From assembly GCA_965215195.1 (NCBI GenBank), contig CBDCDC010000002.1:288001-352000 (forward strand): DNA of 64,000 bases. Reading direction: 5' to 3'. The notes below the pieces were generated by a model that saw only the letters and a program-made list of their open reading frames with translations, was not told where the DNA came from and did no database searches. This document shows positions 27,432 to 37,050 of this stretch, piece by piece; positions within the stretch are counted from its first letter, which is position 1; the number at the start of each line of letters is the position of its first letter. The translations under genes were made by a program, and so were the position numbers. The stretch is from Candidatus Latescibacterota bacterium (GTDB lineage Bacteria; Latescibacterota; UBA2968; UBA8231).

Positions 27432-29213
27432 TCAGTACACTACGGCAATGCTCCGCATCTGCGTGGCGATGCCGGCGTCGGTAGCGGCCTTGAGGCGCAG
27501 CAAGTACATACCCGGGGGCACGGTGCCGGCGGCGTCGCGGCCGTCCCAGCTAACTTGGTTGGGACCAGAGCGATCGCGGGCTTGGTAGAGGCGATGCACC
27601 GGCCGGCCGCTCAAGTCGTACACGACGACCTCAACTTCGACCTCGTGGGTCGCCTTGAGCAGGATGTAGTCGAGGGTGATCTGGTCGTTGATGCCGTCGC
27701 CATTGGGCGTGATTACCGCGGACGAGAACGCGACGCCGGTAAAAAGATCGTCGTCGATGCGGGCACTGACGACGAGCGTGTTGTCGGCGACTTGAGCGGC
27801 CGCGTCGCCAAAAGCAACTCGCTGCGGAAACGCATCGGACTGGCTGTCGGCGACCTCGCCGCGAAATTCCGTGCCCGAGACGGTCACCAAGCTGGCGAAG
27901 CGCACGGCGACTTCTTGGCCGCTGCGGGTGATGCGCTCGTCCGGGAAGCTCACCTGTAGGCGGCCCAAAGCGGACGCCGCGGTGAAGTTGTCGAGCTCGA
28001 CGCCATCGACGCGCACCCCCGTGGTGCGGGCGGCAAACGGAGTGTGGATGATCACGGTGTCAAAGCCGCGGTGGCCGCTCGAGACGACCGAGCGCAGGTA
28101 ATAAGTAAATTCGTTCTCCTGCCCGAGGATGGCCGTGGCCGGACTGATTTCGGCGATGACCGAGTCGGCCAGCGCCGGCACCGTGTAGTTGAAGACCACT
28201 GAGTCGATGACGGCTTTGTCGAGCAAGCTGCTCGACAGGAGCTTGAATTGGAACTGGAGATAGCGCCGGTTGTCCGGCGAATTGAGCGGGGATGCGAGGG
28301 GTTCGGCGTAGGGCGGGGACCACGCACTCCAGTCGCGGTCGTTTTCGCGGACCACGCCGGCGTATGAAGGGTCGAGCGTGCGGTCGAAATCCGCGAGGGC
28401 CACTTCGGCCAATTCCCCGGGAATGCCCGTTTGGCGGAAGTAGAGCGAGTCCGTGGCGACAAAGCCGGTCTTGGTGCTGAACTGGGCTTGGGCGCTGCCG
28501 TCGATGCGGCTGTACACATCGACTGGCCCGAAGTTGGCCGCTTCACCGAGATCAATCACTTGCGATATGTACTGGGCAAAGGGCGTGACGCCGACGCCAA
28601 AAACTTCGAGGTCGCCCATCTGGAAGCCGCGTTCGCCCGTGCTGCGCAGCCTAAAAAAGCGCACCTGCGTCGGCGGGAAGCTCAGGTCTAGCTCGGGCAG
28701 GCCGTGCGAGCGGTCTTGTTCGATGAGCGCGTACACGGGGTTGCCGCCGACAAAGTTGAGCGAATCGCCGTCGTTGACGTAAAACTCGTACCCGCGCAGG
28801 GAGCGCTCGTCGTCGTTGAGGACGCCGCGCAACAGGCGGATGCGATGCAGGACGAAAATCGCGCCCATATCGACTTTGAGTTCGGCGCCGTTGGGATTGG
28901 TGTACACGCGCCAGCCCGTGGTGTACTTGCCGTCGATGAGTTCGTTGAGTATCTGGTTGGAGCGCGCCGCGGCCGTGAGCACCGAGGTGGTCGCGCTGCC
29001 GCCGAGCTCCTTGATGCGCGGCAGAATGTTTTCTTCGGGGTCGGCCTCCAGTGGCGAGAGCGTCCCCGCGTCGGTGACTTCGAGTGCGTTGAACACGAGC
29101 GAGTTGCTCTCCCACTCCAGCCCATCGCCGCCTATTTTGAGCCGTTCTGCGGCCGCGGCCGGAGTGCTGCATCCCATCGCTAGAAAGGCTAATGCGAGTG
29201 CGGCACGGGTCAT
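27432..29213 (-). CDS. Secreted discoidin-like + FlgD-Ig protein (paralogue A1)
   Basis: Signal/lipobox, WSAWSPPY...SPDNRRYLQ, ITPNGDGIND, YDLSGR...WDGRD...PGMY, ends IAVVY. Confidence 0.75.
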   Translation of the reverse strand: MTRAALALAFLAMGCSTPAAAAERLKIGGDGLEWESNSLVFNALEVTDAGTLSPLEADPEENILPRIKELGGSATTSVLTAAARSNQILNELIDGKYTTGWRVYTNPNGAELKVDMGAIFVLHRIRLLRGVLNDDERSLRGYEFYVNDGDSLNFVGGNPVYALIEQDRSHGLPELDLSFPPTQVRFFRLRSTGERGFQMGDLEVFGVGVTPFAQYISQVIDLGEAANFGPVDVYSRIDGSAQAQFSTKTGFVATDSLYFRQTGIPGELAEVALADFDRTLDPSYAGVVRENDRDWSAWSPPYAEPLASPLNSPDNRRYLQFQFKLLSSSLLDKAVIDSVVFNYTVPALADSVIAEISPATAILGQENEFTYYLRSVVSSGHRGFDTVIIHTPFAARTTGVRVDGVELDNFTAASALGRLQVSFPDERITRSGQEVAVRFASLVTVSGTEFRGEVADSQSDAFPQRVAFGDAAAQVADNTLVVSARIDDDLFTGVAFSSAVITPNGDGINDQITLDYILLKATHEVEVEVVVYDLSGRPVHRLYQARDRSGPNQVSWDGRDAAGTVPPGMYLLRLKAATDAGIATQMRSIAVVY

Positions 29214-29253
29214 GGCTGTTCCTTTTTGCTATAAGGTGGCAACGCACGCCTCC

Positions 29254-31623
29254 TCAGTAGGCCACCGGCACGATCCGCTGCACCGTCTCGGTCTGGGAGT
29301 CGCCGGCAATTTCGATTTGCACTAGATAGGTCCCCGGCCGCACGAGCGCACCGGTGCCGTCGCGGCCGTTCCAAGTGAAGCGATAGCGCCGTGCGAGGCC
29401 ATCGCCGCTGTCGAGGACGCGCACTTGGCGGCCGGCCAAGTCGTAGATGTGGACCCGGATGGGCCGCGGCGTCACCAGCTTGAGCGCGTCGAATTCAATG
29501 GCCAGCTCGTCGCCGACCCCGTCGCCATTGGGCGTTAGCACGTGCGTCGACAGGACGACGTTGGCCAGCAGGAGGTCATTGACCGGCAGTTGCACCGAGA
29601 CGGATTCGCTCGGCACATCCGCTTTGGCGTCGCCTTGGTCGACGAGCTGGCGCACGTCGGTGCCGAGGTTGCTGTTGCCGAGGAAGAGGTCGAAGCGCGT
29701 CTGGTTTTGGTAAATGGTACTGCTGAACGACAGCTCGATTAGCTGGGAGCGGCGGATTGTGGCCGGTAGATCGACGACAAACCCCTCGGCGACCGCGGTG
29801 ATTGCGGCCTCCACCGGCTCGTCAGCCAACTTCAGGCCAGTGAAATCAACGGGCACGGACGCGGTCATGGTCAGGCGGTTAAAGCCCTGCGAGCGCCCGC
29901 CAAATATCGGCAGGACGAAGTACGTAAAGTCCTTTTTGACGCCCGGTTCAACTTGGCTGGGGAAGACCTCGGCGCGGGTTTCGAGGGCAATGGGATTCTC
30001 CGCGTTTAAGTGCAGGGCATTGAGCGCCGGCACTGCGTTGGGATCGTCCGAAATCAGGCGCAGGTCGAGCTGGACATAGCGGCGCGGCGAGGGCGAACTA
30101 AAGAGCGCGCCCGAAGTTACGTACGGATCGCTCCAGACGCTCCAGTGCGGGCCGACGGAAATCGCGACGTGGGTCGGCCCGCGCAGGCTCTTGGGCGTCT
30201 TGTTCCACTTCCGCTCGGTGATCTCTTTACCCTTCTTGTCGAAGTAGTGAATGTTCTCTACTACTTCATCGCCGGTGCGGCTACGCAGCTCGATGCGCGT
30301 GCCGGGCGGTACGTCGGCGTCCCACTCGACCGAGGTCAGGGCCTTGGCGGCACCAAGGTCGAGGATCGGCGAGGTTAGCTGCAACTCGGCTGGAAAGCCC
30401 GCGCCGTAGATCTGGAACTCGCTAATCAGGGCGAAGAGGCGGTAGGTGCCGTGGGTGCCGCTGCGCTCGCCGCCGTGGCGGGAGGAAGGAAAATAGTGCT
30501 TGATGTAGCGAATTTTTTGCAAGTCGAATTGGTGGTCGAAGTTGCGGATAGTCGTCTCGTTCAGGGGGCTGTCGTCGACAAAGGCGATCTCGTGAAAATT
30601 CAGGGTGCCGTCCGGGGCGATTGAGCCGTCGGAAGCGAGGAGCTGATACCAGAAGAAGTTGGCGTAGCGGCTGCGAATCCGCGACGGGGCCCCGGCCGGT
30701 TCGCCGATGATGCGGATCTGGTCAATCCAGTAATGGGCCCCTAGGTCGAAAATGATGCGATTGAAGATGTCGAAGCCGGTTTGGGTCTGGTGGTAGGTCT
30801 GCATGCCCCAGTTGGTGACGATGTCGCCGTCAACCATGTTCTCGCCGCCGGAGAGCACGGCCTGCAAGTCGGTGATGAGTTCGATGCTGCCGCCGCGCTC
30901 AATGATCCCGAGGGAGATGTTGTCGCCGATGGTGGAGACCGCAATCTCGGCCAAGCCGGCGCCCGCGACGAATTTGGACAGCTCAATGCGAATGATGCGG
31001 ACTAGGCCCGAAGATTCCTTGAACTCGCGGACGGTGCCCTCGACAAAGCCGCCGCCAATGTCGTCCGAGCCGGCCGCGCTCAAGCCCAAGGTGCGCTGGC
31101 GGGGGTCGAGCACGAGCTCGTGGCTCTCGTTAAAGCCAATTCCCTTGGAGAGGCCGTAGCCCAAGGTGCCTTCCACGGGCACGAGGGCGTTGGTAAAGAA
31201 CTGCTCGCCGCTCGACAGCAGGACGTTGAAAAACTCAAAGGGCGGCGCGGCCTCGTCGAAGGAAATGACGATCTCGGAGGCCGTCACCAAGCGGCCCAAG
31301 TCGAGTTCGATATAGGCGTTTTCAATGCCGTCGGCCGGGTCGGGCGACCAGCTAGTGGCCGGGTCGCCATCCATGATGCGGCCAGCGTCGCGGGCGTTGC
31401 TGCCGACGCTGCGGATGCCGCCGCCAAAGTGCTCGGCATTGCGCACCGCGTCGATGTTTTTGCGGACGGGCACGGGCTGGATGCGGCCGGTCGCTTGTAG
31501 TTCCACCGCACCGACTGGGTGCGTCCACTCTTGCCAAGCCGAGCGGGAGTCAAACGAGACCCGCTCGCCCAAGGCGAAAGTGCCCAACGCCATAACGAGA
31601 CATAGTGCGCGAGTGATTGTCAT
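29254..31623 (-). CDS. Secreted discoidin-like + FlgD-Ig protein (paralogue B1)
   Basis: MDGDPATSW, IELDLGR, WSVWSDPY...SPSPRRYVQ, LTPNGDGVGD, ends VPVAY. Confidence 0.75.
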   Translation of the reverse strand: MTITRALCLVMALGTFALGERVSFDSRSAWQEWTHPVGAVELQATGRIQPVPVRKNIDAVRNAEHFGGGIRSVGSNARDAGRIMDGDPATSWSPDPADGIENAYIELDLGRLVTASEIVISFDEAAPPFEFFNVLLSSGEQFFTNALVPVEGTLGYGLSKGIGFNESHELVLDPRQRTLGLSAAGSDDIGGGFVEGTVREFKESSGLVRIIRIELSKFVAGAGLAEIAVSTIGDNISLGIIERGGSIELITDLQAVLSGGENMVDGDIVTNWGMQTYHQTQTGFDIFNRIIFDLGAHYWIDQIRIIGEPAGAPSRIRSRYANFFWYQLLASDGSIAPDGTLNFHEIAFVDDSPLNETTIRNFDHQFDLQKIRYIKHYFPSSRHGGERSGTHGTYRLFALISEFQIYGAGFPAELQLTSPILDLGAAKALTSVEWDADVPPGTRIELRSRTGDEVVENIHYFDKKGKEITERKWNKTPKSLRGPTHVAISVGPHWSVWSDPYVTSGALFSSPSPRRYVQLDLRLISDDPNAVPALNALHLNAENPIALETRAEVFPSQVEPGVKKDFTYFVLPIFGGRSQGFNRLTMTASVPVDFTGLKLADEPVEAAITAVAEGFVVDLPATIRRSQLIELSFSSTIYQNQTRFDLFLGNSNLGTDVRQLVDQGDAKADVPSESVSVQLPVNDLLLANVVLSTHVLTPNGDGVGDELAIEFDALKLVTPRPIRVHIYDLAGRQVRVLDSGDGLARRYRFTWNGRDGTGALVRPGTYLVQIEIAGDSQTETVQRIVPVAY

Positions 31624-31660
31624 AGCCGTGCTCCCTTAGCCCGGGCCGCGGGCCGCGCGC

Positions 31661-33460
31661 TCAGTACGCCAACCCCACCAGCAGCGACCGCTCCTCAGAG
31701 CCAGTATCCGTATCAATGGAAAGCCGCAGGATGTAGAGCCCGGGCGGCGCAATGGTGCCGCTCTCGTCCAAGCCGTCCCAAGTCACGCGCTGCGGCCCGT
31801 TGAGCGCGCCGCTTTTTTGCAAGTGCCGCAGCGGGCGGCCGGCGAGGTCGTACACGATTAGATCGGCGGGCACCTGCGAGAGGGCACGCAGCAAGATATA
31901 GGACACCTGCAGCTGGTCGTTGACCCCGTCGCCGTTGGGGCTGAAGACCGGCGGGTCAGCCTGCAACTCGAGGACGAGCTCTTGGCGCAACGCGCCTTGG
32001 ATGGACAGGCGGTCGGCCTCGGCCTCGGGGGTGGCGTCTCCGGCCACCACGTCTTGGCCGAGTTCGCCGGTCTGGCTGTCGAAAACTTTAGCGAAAAAAG
32101 TGGTGCCATAGACGGTCACCATGGCCTCGAAGCGGATGCGCAAAAGCTGGCCCGACTCGGTCACGCGGTCGTCGGTCAATTGGATGGCCAGCCTGCTCTC
32201 GTCTTGCGCGTCCTCTTCGCTAAAGGACACGGGCGCTCCGTCTAGCTCGACGCTGTTGACCACCGCCTTAAAGGGCGTGCGAATCTCCACGCGGTCGAAT
32301 CCGTCGTTGGCCGGGCCGAAAGTCGAGCGAATGTAGTAGGAGAAGGTGTTGCTCTCGCCGAGGGGGACCGTCGCCGGCGTGACTTCGGCCGTCAGCTCTT
32401 CGGCCAGCGTCGGGACCGAATAGTCAAAGGAGAGCGAATCGACAAGGGCCGACTGGCGCGCGTCCTCGGACGAGAACAACAGGCGGAACTGGACGTAGCG
32501 GCGGTTGCCCGGGGATAGAAGATCGCCAAAGAAATCCTCATAAGGGGCCGACCAAGGGCTCCACTCGTCGATGTTGTCGATAATCGCGCCCTTGTTGGAC
32601 GAGGTCAGATCGTCGTACTCTTCGGCCGCCTCGGGCGAGCCGATCGGCAAGATGGGCTCTTCCTGCCGGTCCTCGCCCTCAAAGACCTCGGTTTTGCGAT
32701 AGTAAATTTTGGGGTCGGGCACCGTGCCCGTGCGCGTCTGCAATACCACGTTGGTCAAGGGGTCGAAGCGGGTCTGCAAGCGAAGTTGGCCGAAGTTGGC
32801 CGCCTCGCCGAGGTCAATGACTTGGGACAGATAGCTGCCGGTGGGCGCGAAGCCATCGCCAAAGACCTCGACTTCCTCGATGATGAACTCTTGGCCCGAG
32901 CGGCTAATTAGGCGGATGAAGCGCACGAACTGGAGGGGGATGTGCGCGTCGATATTCGATTCGCTCTGTTCGAGGTTTGCGCTGACTTGGTTGATGAAGG
33001 CGATCGGCCGGTCCTCGCGCAGTTGCGCGGGGTCGCCGTCGTGAACAAAAAGCTCATAGGCGCGGAGGAAGATGTCGGGGTTGCCCTGAAAGCGAATGCG
33101 GTTGATCGGCAGGATCGCGCCCAAGTCGATGAACATGGAGGTGCCGTCGGGGCGTCGCTCGCGGGTGACGCGCCAGAAGGTCTCGGCATTGCCGTCGGTG
33201 AGCAGGCCGGTCAGATCCTCGCGCGACTGTGGCGAGGAGATGTTGCCACCCCGCCGCTTCAGAGTGAGGATTTCGACGGCATTGGTGGTCGAGTCCACCA
33301 CGGCCGGGAGCAGGCCGGAAGCGGCGGTGGTGAGTCCGGTCAACTCGCCGACGTCGTCCCAGGCAAAGCCAGAGCCTCCCGCGGTCCACACTTCTACGGC
33401 ACCGGCCGCCCTAGCGCCCAACGCAATGCAGATCAACAACTTAAATCGCCATTTGAACAT
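31661..33460 (-). CDS. Secreted discoidin-like + FlgD-Ig protein (paralogue A2)
   Basis: LTDGNAETFW, IDLGA, WSPWSAPY...SPGNRRYVQ, FSPNGDGVND, ends VGLAY. Confidence 0.75.
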   Translation of the reverse strand: MFKWRFKLLICIALGARAAGAVEVWTAGGSGFAWDDVGELTGLTTAASGLLPAVVDSTTNAVEILTLKRRGGNISSPQSREDLTGLLTDGNAETFWRVTRERRPDGTSMFIDLGAILPINRIRFQGNPDIFLRAYELFVHDGDPAQLREDRPIAFINQVSANLEQSESNIDAHIPLQFVRFIRLISRSGQEFIIEEVEVFGDGFAPTGSYLSQVIDLGEAANFGQLRLQTRFDPLTNVVLQTRTGTVPDPKIYYRKTEVFEGEDRQEEPILPIGSPEAAEEYDDLTSSNKGAIIDNIDEWSPWSAPYEDFFGDLLSPGNRRYVQFRLLFSSEDARQSALVDSLSFDYSVPTLAEELTAEVTPATVPLGESNTFSYYIRSTFGPANDGFDRVEIRTPFKAVVNSVELDGAPVSFSEEDAQDESRLAIQLTDDRVTESGQLLRIRFEAMVTVYGTTFFAKVFDSQTGELGQDVVAGDATPEAEADRLSIQGALRQELVLELQADPPVFSPNGDGVNDQLQVSYILLRALSQVPADLIVYDLAGRPLRHLQKSGALNGPQRVTWDGLDESGTIAPPGLYILRLSIDTDTGSEERSLLVGLAY

Positions 33461-33489
33461 AGCGCGTGTCGCCTCTCGCCCCCATAGAC

Positions 33490-33524
33490 AAAATAAGGGG
33501 AGGGGAATCCATTCCCCCTCCCCT
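33490..33524 (-). terminator. Rho-independent terminator/attenuator hairpin
   Basis: AGGGGAGGGGAAT-CC-ATTCCCCCTCCCCT, followed by TTATTT on the minus strand, downstream of the gene ending at 33562. Confidence 0.6.
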
Positions 33525-33561
33525 CGTGAACGTACTTAAGACGAAGACTGCGAAAGTCGGT

Positions 33562-34479
33562 TTAGAGATCTTCGCCTACCAGCGACTTGATTTGGCCCCA
33601 AGAGCTTCCCTCAATCGCTGTGTCTGTGTCCACCTCTTCAATCGCCGTCAGGAAAATGTCGGGCATGCCGCCGCTGTTCATAAACTGCTCGGCCATGCTG
33701 TACTGGGCCTGCCAGAAGAAACCGTTCTCGCAGCACTCCTCCGAGAGCGGATCGTTGCCGTTGGCGTTGAGCCCTTCGTCGGCGTCGTCAACCGAGATCG
33801 ACATGCCAATGGTCTGCTCGGCCGCGAGCGTCCACACCGTGCTGGCGTCTGGGCCGCCGCTGATCGAGATCGGGTCCATGAGCTCGGCGCTGAACTCGTA
33901 GTAGTACTCTTGGCCTTGGTTGACGTGACCGGCCTCCACGAAGTCCGTGTGGGTCCACCAGAAGTTCAGGGCGTCCTGCTCGAAATTGGCCAATGCGCCG
34001 TTGTACATCTGGACGCGCGAAAACTGTTCGGAGAAGCTCAGGCACATCTGGTAGGCCGGCTGCAAGTCTTGGTCGTTGGGTGCCGAGTACGGGCCGCCGC
34101 CTTGATTGTCGGGATCGAAATGCACTTCGCAATTGTCGTCGCGGAAAGTGCAGGCGGGGTTCTTATCGACGATCAGGAAGTCGTCGTGGACGTGAATCAT
34201 GGCGTGAACGCGGTTGTTGGCATCGCTCCAGCCAATGATGAGGTCGATAAACAGGTCATCAGCGTCGTCGGCGCCGCCGGTCAGCGGATTCATGTCTTCA
34301 ATGGTGACCTCAAAGCTGCGATCGACCCAAGCCCAGTCGGCGTTGTCGCCATCGATGGTGGGCAGGGCGTTGCCGGGGATACCCACGGCGAAAAAGAGCG
34401 GTACTTCAGCCGGCTCCTGCGCGAAAGCAGCACCAGCGACGAGCAAAACGCCTAGAGTCAAAGCTAGGACTTTGCGCAT
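33562..34479 (-). CDS. Secreted CBM9/DOMON-like acidic protein with C-terminal SWGQIK motif
   Basis: GAGGAG RBS, signal peptide MRKVLALTLGVLLVAGAAFA, PTIDGDNADW, DDNCEVHFDPD, YYYEF, IGMSISVDDAD, TAIEGSSWGQIKSL. Confidence 0.7.
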   Translation of the reverse strand: MRKVLALTLGVLLVAGAAFAQEPAEVPLFFAVGIPGNALPTIDGDNADWAWVDRSFEVTIEDMNPLTGGADDADDLFIDLIIGWSDANNRVHAMIHVHDDFLIVDKNPACTFRDDNCEVHFDPDNQGGGPYSAPNDQDLQPAYQMCLSFSEQFSRVQMYNGALANFEQDALNFWWTHTDFVEAGHVNQGQEYYYEFSAELMDPISISGGPDASTVWTLAAEQTIGMSISVDDADEGLNANGNDPLSEECCENGFFWQAQYSMAEQFMNSGGMPDIFLTAIEEVDTDTAIEGSSWGQIKSLVGEDL

Positions 34480-34514
34480 TGTTAAATCCTCCTCGATAGT
34501 TATTATATTGATAA
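34405..34514 (-). repeat. 110-bp inverted repeat, copy 1 (native RBS, ATG and signal peptide)
   Basis: 106/110 identical to the reverse complement of 36445-36554. Confidence 0.92.
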
Positions 34515-35002
34515 ATAAAAAAAGGTCCGCCACAGGGCTTTAGCGGGCGGAATTGCGAGGTTGCTCAAAGGTGTAGCGGTTGGTACTTCGTGCCTCCTTT
34601 CCTCGGGGATTTTTAGGGTCATTTTTCTCATAATAGTCGGGTAAACAAATAAATATGAGCTTGCTTGTCAAGATTTTTTAGCAATGGTCTTTAATACACG
34701 CCAGTAATCGCCGTAACGGGCTGCTACCAACCCTGCGCCGCGCAACAAGTTCACCGGCACCTTGGAACAGCCGACCACGAGAGCAGTAGGATTAATGCCC
34801 ATGCCTTCTTGTGAAGATAGTGTAGAAGCAGGGCTTTCTTTTTTGGAAAAAGCCCGTTGTGTCGCTGAACTCTACACGCCGGCTGCCGTTTCCTTCGCGG
34901 CAATCAAGTGTACGCTGCCGCGGCGTCCTGTGTCGGTAGTGCCTCGAGCGTTTTGCCATTAGGTCAAGCTCCCTAGCTCTTAGTCGTCTCCCAACTGGCG
35001 GG

Positions 35003-36025
35003 CTACTGCGTCCTTGTTGGGCGGGTGATCTCGGTCGGGACAAAGGGAACGTGCAACAAGGCGGCGGCTTGCTGTTGGGCGTCCTCGCCTCGGCGGTCAT
35101 AGCGGGTGGTCGTCGTGGGGCTAGCATGGCCTGCGTTGCGCTGCACAACGGCCAAGTCCGCCCCTGCTGCCAGCATCTCGCTAACGTAGGTGCGCCGTAG
35201 ATCGTGCGGGCTGCACTCTTTGATGTTGGCCTGTTTGCAGCGGGCTTTGAGGCGGTTCATCAAAGCCTGTGACGTCATCGACGAACCAGCGGCAATCGTG
35301 CCGCCCTTGGTAACCGGGCATAGGATGGGGCCTGGCATACAGCCGCGTAGCTTCAGCCATGCGGCAAGCGCGGCTTGGCCGCCGCTAGTAAAAAAAACCT
35401 TCCGCTCCTTGTTGCCTTTGCCGATAACTCGCAACGCGCCCGAATCGGCGTCGTACTCGGCTACAGTCACGGCTACCGCTTCGGAACGGCGCAAGCCAGC
35501 CCCGAACATCAGGGCAAAAGCGGCCGCGTCTCGCGCACCCCCGGTCAAACCGTCGGCACATGCGGCGAACAAGGCGCGAAGCTCCTCCGGCAAAAGAGCG
35601 CGGCCGGCGGGCAATCTTGCGCCCTTAACGTTGGGCACGTCGGCGGCGCGGATGTAAGTGTCAGTGTCAAGCAAGCCCAAACGCCAAGCGGCCTTAAGTA
35701 CACCCCGAACCGCTGATAACATCTTGTTGACCGAATTGGGCGCGTACTCGGCGGCCAACATGGAGCGTAGCGCGGCAAGGTGTTCGTAGTGCATGGCGGC
35801 CCAAGGCCACGTTTCGCGGGTAGCTTCCATGCCCAACTGTGCGCTTAATCGCCGTGCTACGGTGTCGAGGGCAGATGCCATACCAACTCGGCTGGGGCCT
35901 TCCGAAAGAGACGCCAAGTAAATTTGAACCGGGCGGGGGTCGGCGGGCGTTGAGGGTAAGGTCTTCGTCGAGCTTAGCGGAGAAGTATCCAGCGCGGCGT
36001 CGAGGGCGAGGGCTAAAGCGGTCAC
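35003..36025 (-). CDS. Tyrosine recombinase/integrase
   Basis: Catalytic set GLRRSE, GKGNKER, HDLRR, AGHAS, TTTRYD. SAM-like N-domain. AGGAGA RBS before GTG 36025. Confidence 0.92.
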   Translation of the reverse strand: MTALALALDAALDTSPLSSTKTLPSTPADPRPVQIYLASLSEGPSRVGMASALDTVARRLSAQLGMEATRETWPWAAMHYEHLAALRSMLAAEYAPNSVNKMLSAVRGVLKAAWRLGLLDTDTYIRAADVPNVKGARLPAGRALLPEELRALFAACADGLTGGARDAAAFALMFGAGLRRSEAVAVTVAEYDADSGALRVIGKGNKERKVFFTSGGQAALAAWLKLRGCMPGPILCPVTKGGTIAAGSSMTSQALMNRLKARCKQANIKECSPHDLRRTYVSEMLAAGADLAVVQRNAGHASPTTTTRYDRRGEDAQQQAAALLHVPFVPTEITRPTRTQ

Positions 36026-36444
36026 TAGTCGTTCTCCTGTGGTGGTGTAGATGAAAGCCTCGGCTAGCACTTCGACAAGCTCAGTGCCAGCCGGGGCGGT
36101 GGAGCGATTAATTTTGCACCTTCAGCAGGATAGTCCTCAACAAGCCCACCATGCCGAATTGAATGCCGACGAGCCAACGGAAGGCTGCTGCATGATCGTT
36201 TCTCCTGAGTGGATGGGCCGGGGCGAGAGACAAAGCTCCGGCCGTGGTGGCTATTCGAGAAAAGCGCGTCCACGGTGCCGGCTAGCCGGGAGGCGTCGGC
36301 GTACCGGTTGGCCCTAGCTGCCACGCCTGCCGCATCCCTTCCGAAGCGTAGCGTTGACTCGGAGGCTATCGGCGATTCTCGGTGCGGCAACACTCGCGGG
36401 GCTTTTTTGTGCTGCCCTCTCCAGCGCAATCAACGTTCTGATAA

Positions 36445-36554
36445 TTATCAATATAATAACTATCGAGGAGGATTTAACAACGCGCAAAGTCCTAGCTTTG
36501 ACTCTAGGCGCGTAGCTCGTCGCTGGTGCTGCTTTCGCGCAGGAGCCGGCTGAA
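36445..36554 (+). repeat. 110-bp inverted repeat, copy 2 (ATG changed to ACG)
   Basis: TTATCAATATAATAACTATCGAGGAGGATTTAACAACGCGCAAAGTCC...GGAGCCGGCTGAA, mirror of 34405-34514. Confidence 0.92.
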
Positions 36555-36576
36555 CCATGGGTTAAATAACTCTAGG

Positions 36577-37050
36577 AGCAAACGCGATGGATTTAATATG
36601 GAAGTACTTACTTGCTGGACGAGTTTTCGCAGTCTGGATAAGTGTGTTATTTGTGTTGTCGATACTTGTTCTCTCAAACGGTTGTACTCCCGAGGAGAAT
36701 GTAGTTCTACCGGGGTCGTCGGCATATCGGCTGGAGTTCAGTTCGATGGATACGATGCGATTCAGTACAGGCGGTGAGGAGGACTGGGTCATCGCCGATA
36801 TTCGCTCGGCTATACGAGACCAAGCTGGCGATTTTGTCTTCGTTGATTACAACAGAAGGGAGGTATGGAAGACAGACCAATCTGGGGTTCGAATTGGCCC
36901 TATTGGAAGGAATGGAGGTGGTCCGAAAGAATATAGGAAGCCACTTTGTATCTCTATAGATCCCGAGGGCAACTACGGTATTTTCGACCGGCATGGTGAT
37001 CGACCTCAGGTTTACAGTCCTGACAATGAACACTTGAAGACGATCCCCTA
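36577..37050 (+). pseudogene. 6-bladed beta-propeller lipoprotein, truncated by an IS4 end
   Basis: Span includes the AGGAG RBS region, ATG at 36587. LSNGC lipobox, IGRNGGGPKEYRKP repeat. The ORF stops at the IS end (37048). Confidence 0.65.

Noticed and set aside
34471-34488. dif-like site (TGCGCAT-TGTTAAAT) near a Xer-like recombinase
   Set aside because: The two half-matches are adjacent and lack the central region of a 28-bp dif. They coincide with a start codon.
34640-34671. Sigma70 promoter for the envelope cluster (TTGACA at 34671-34666, minus strand)
   Set aside because: No convincing -10 box at 16-18 bp spacing, so it is not called.
34515-36444. Prophage or ICE integrated at a tRNA
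   Set aside because: No tRNA, no phage or conjugation genes and no direct att repeats. The flanking repeats are inverted.
36439-36450. TGATAATTATCA palindrome as a Fur box
   Set aside because: Only a 12-bp partial match, created at the repeat junction, with no iron-related genes adjacent. It cannot be supported.
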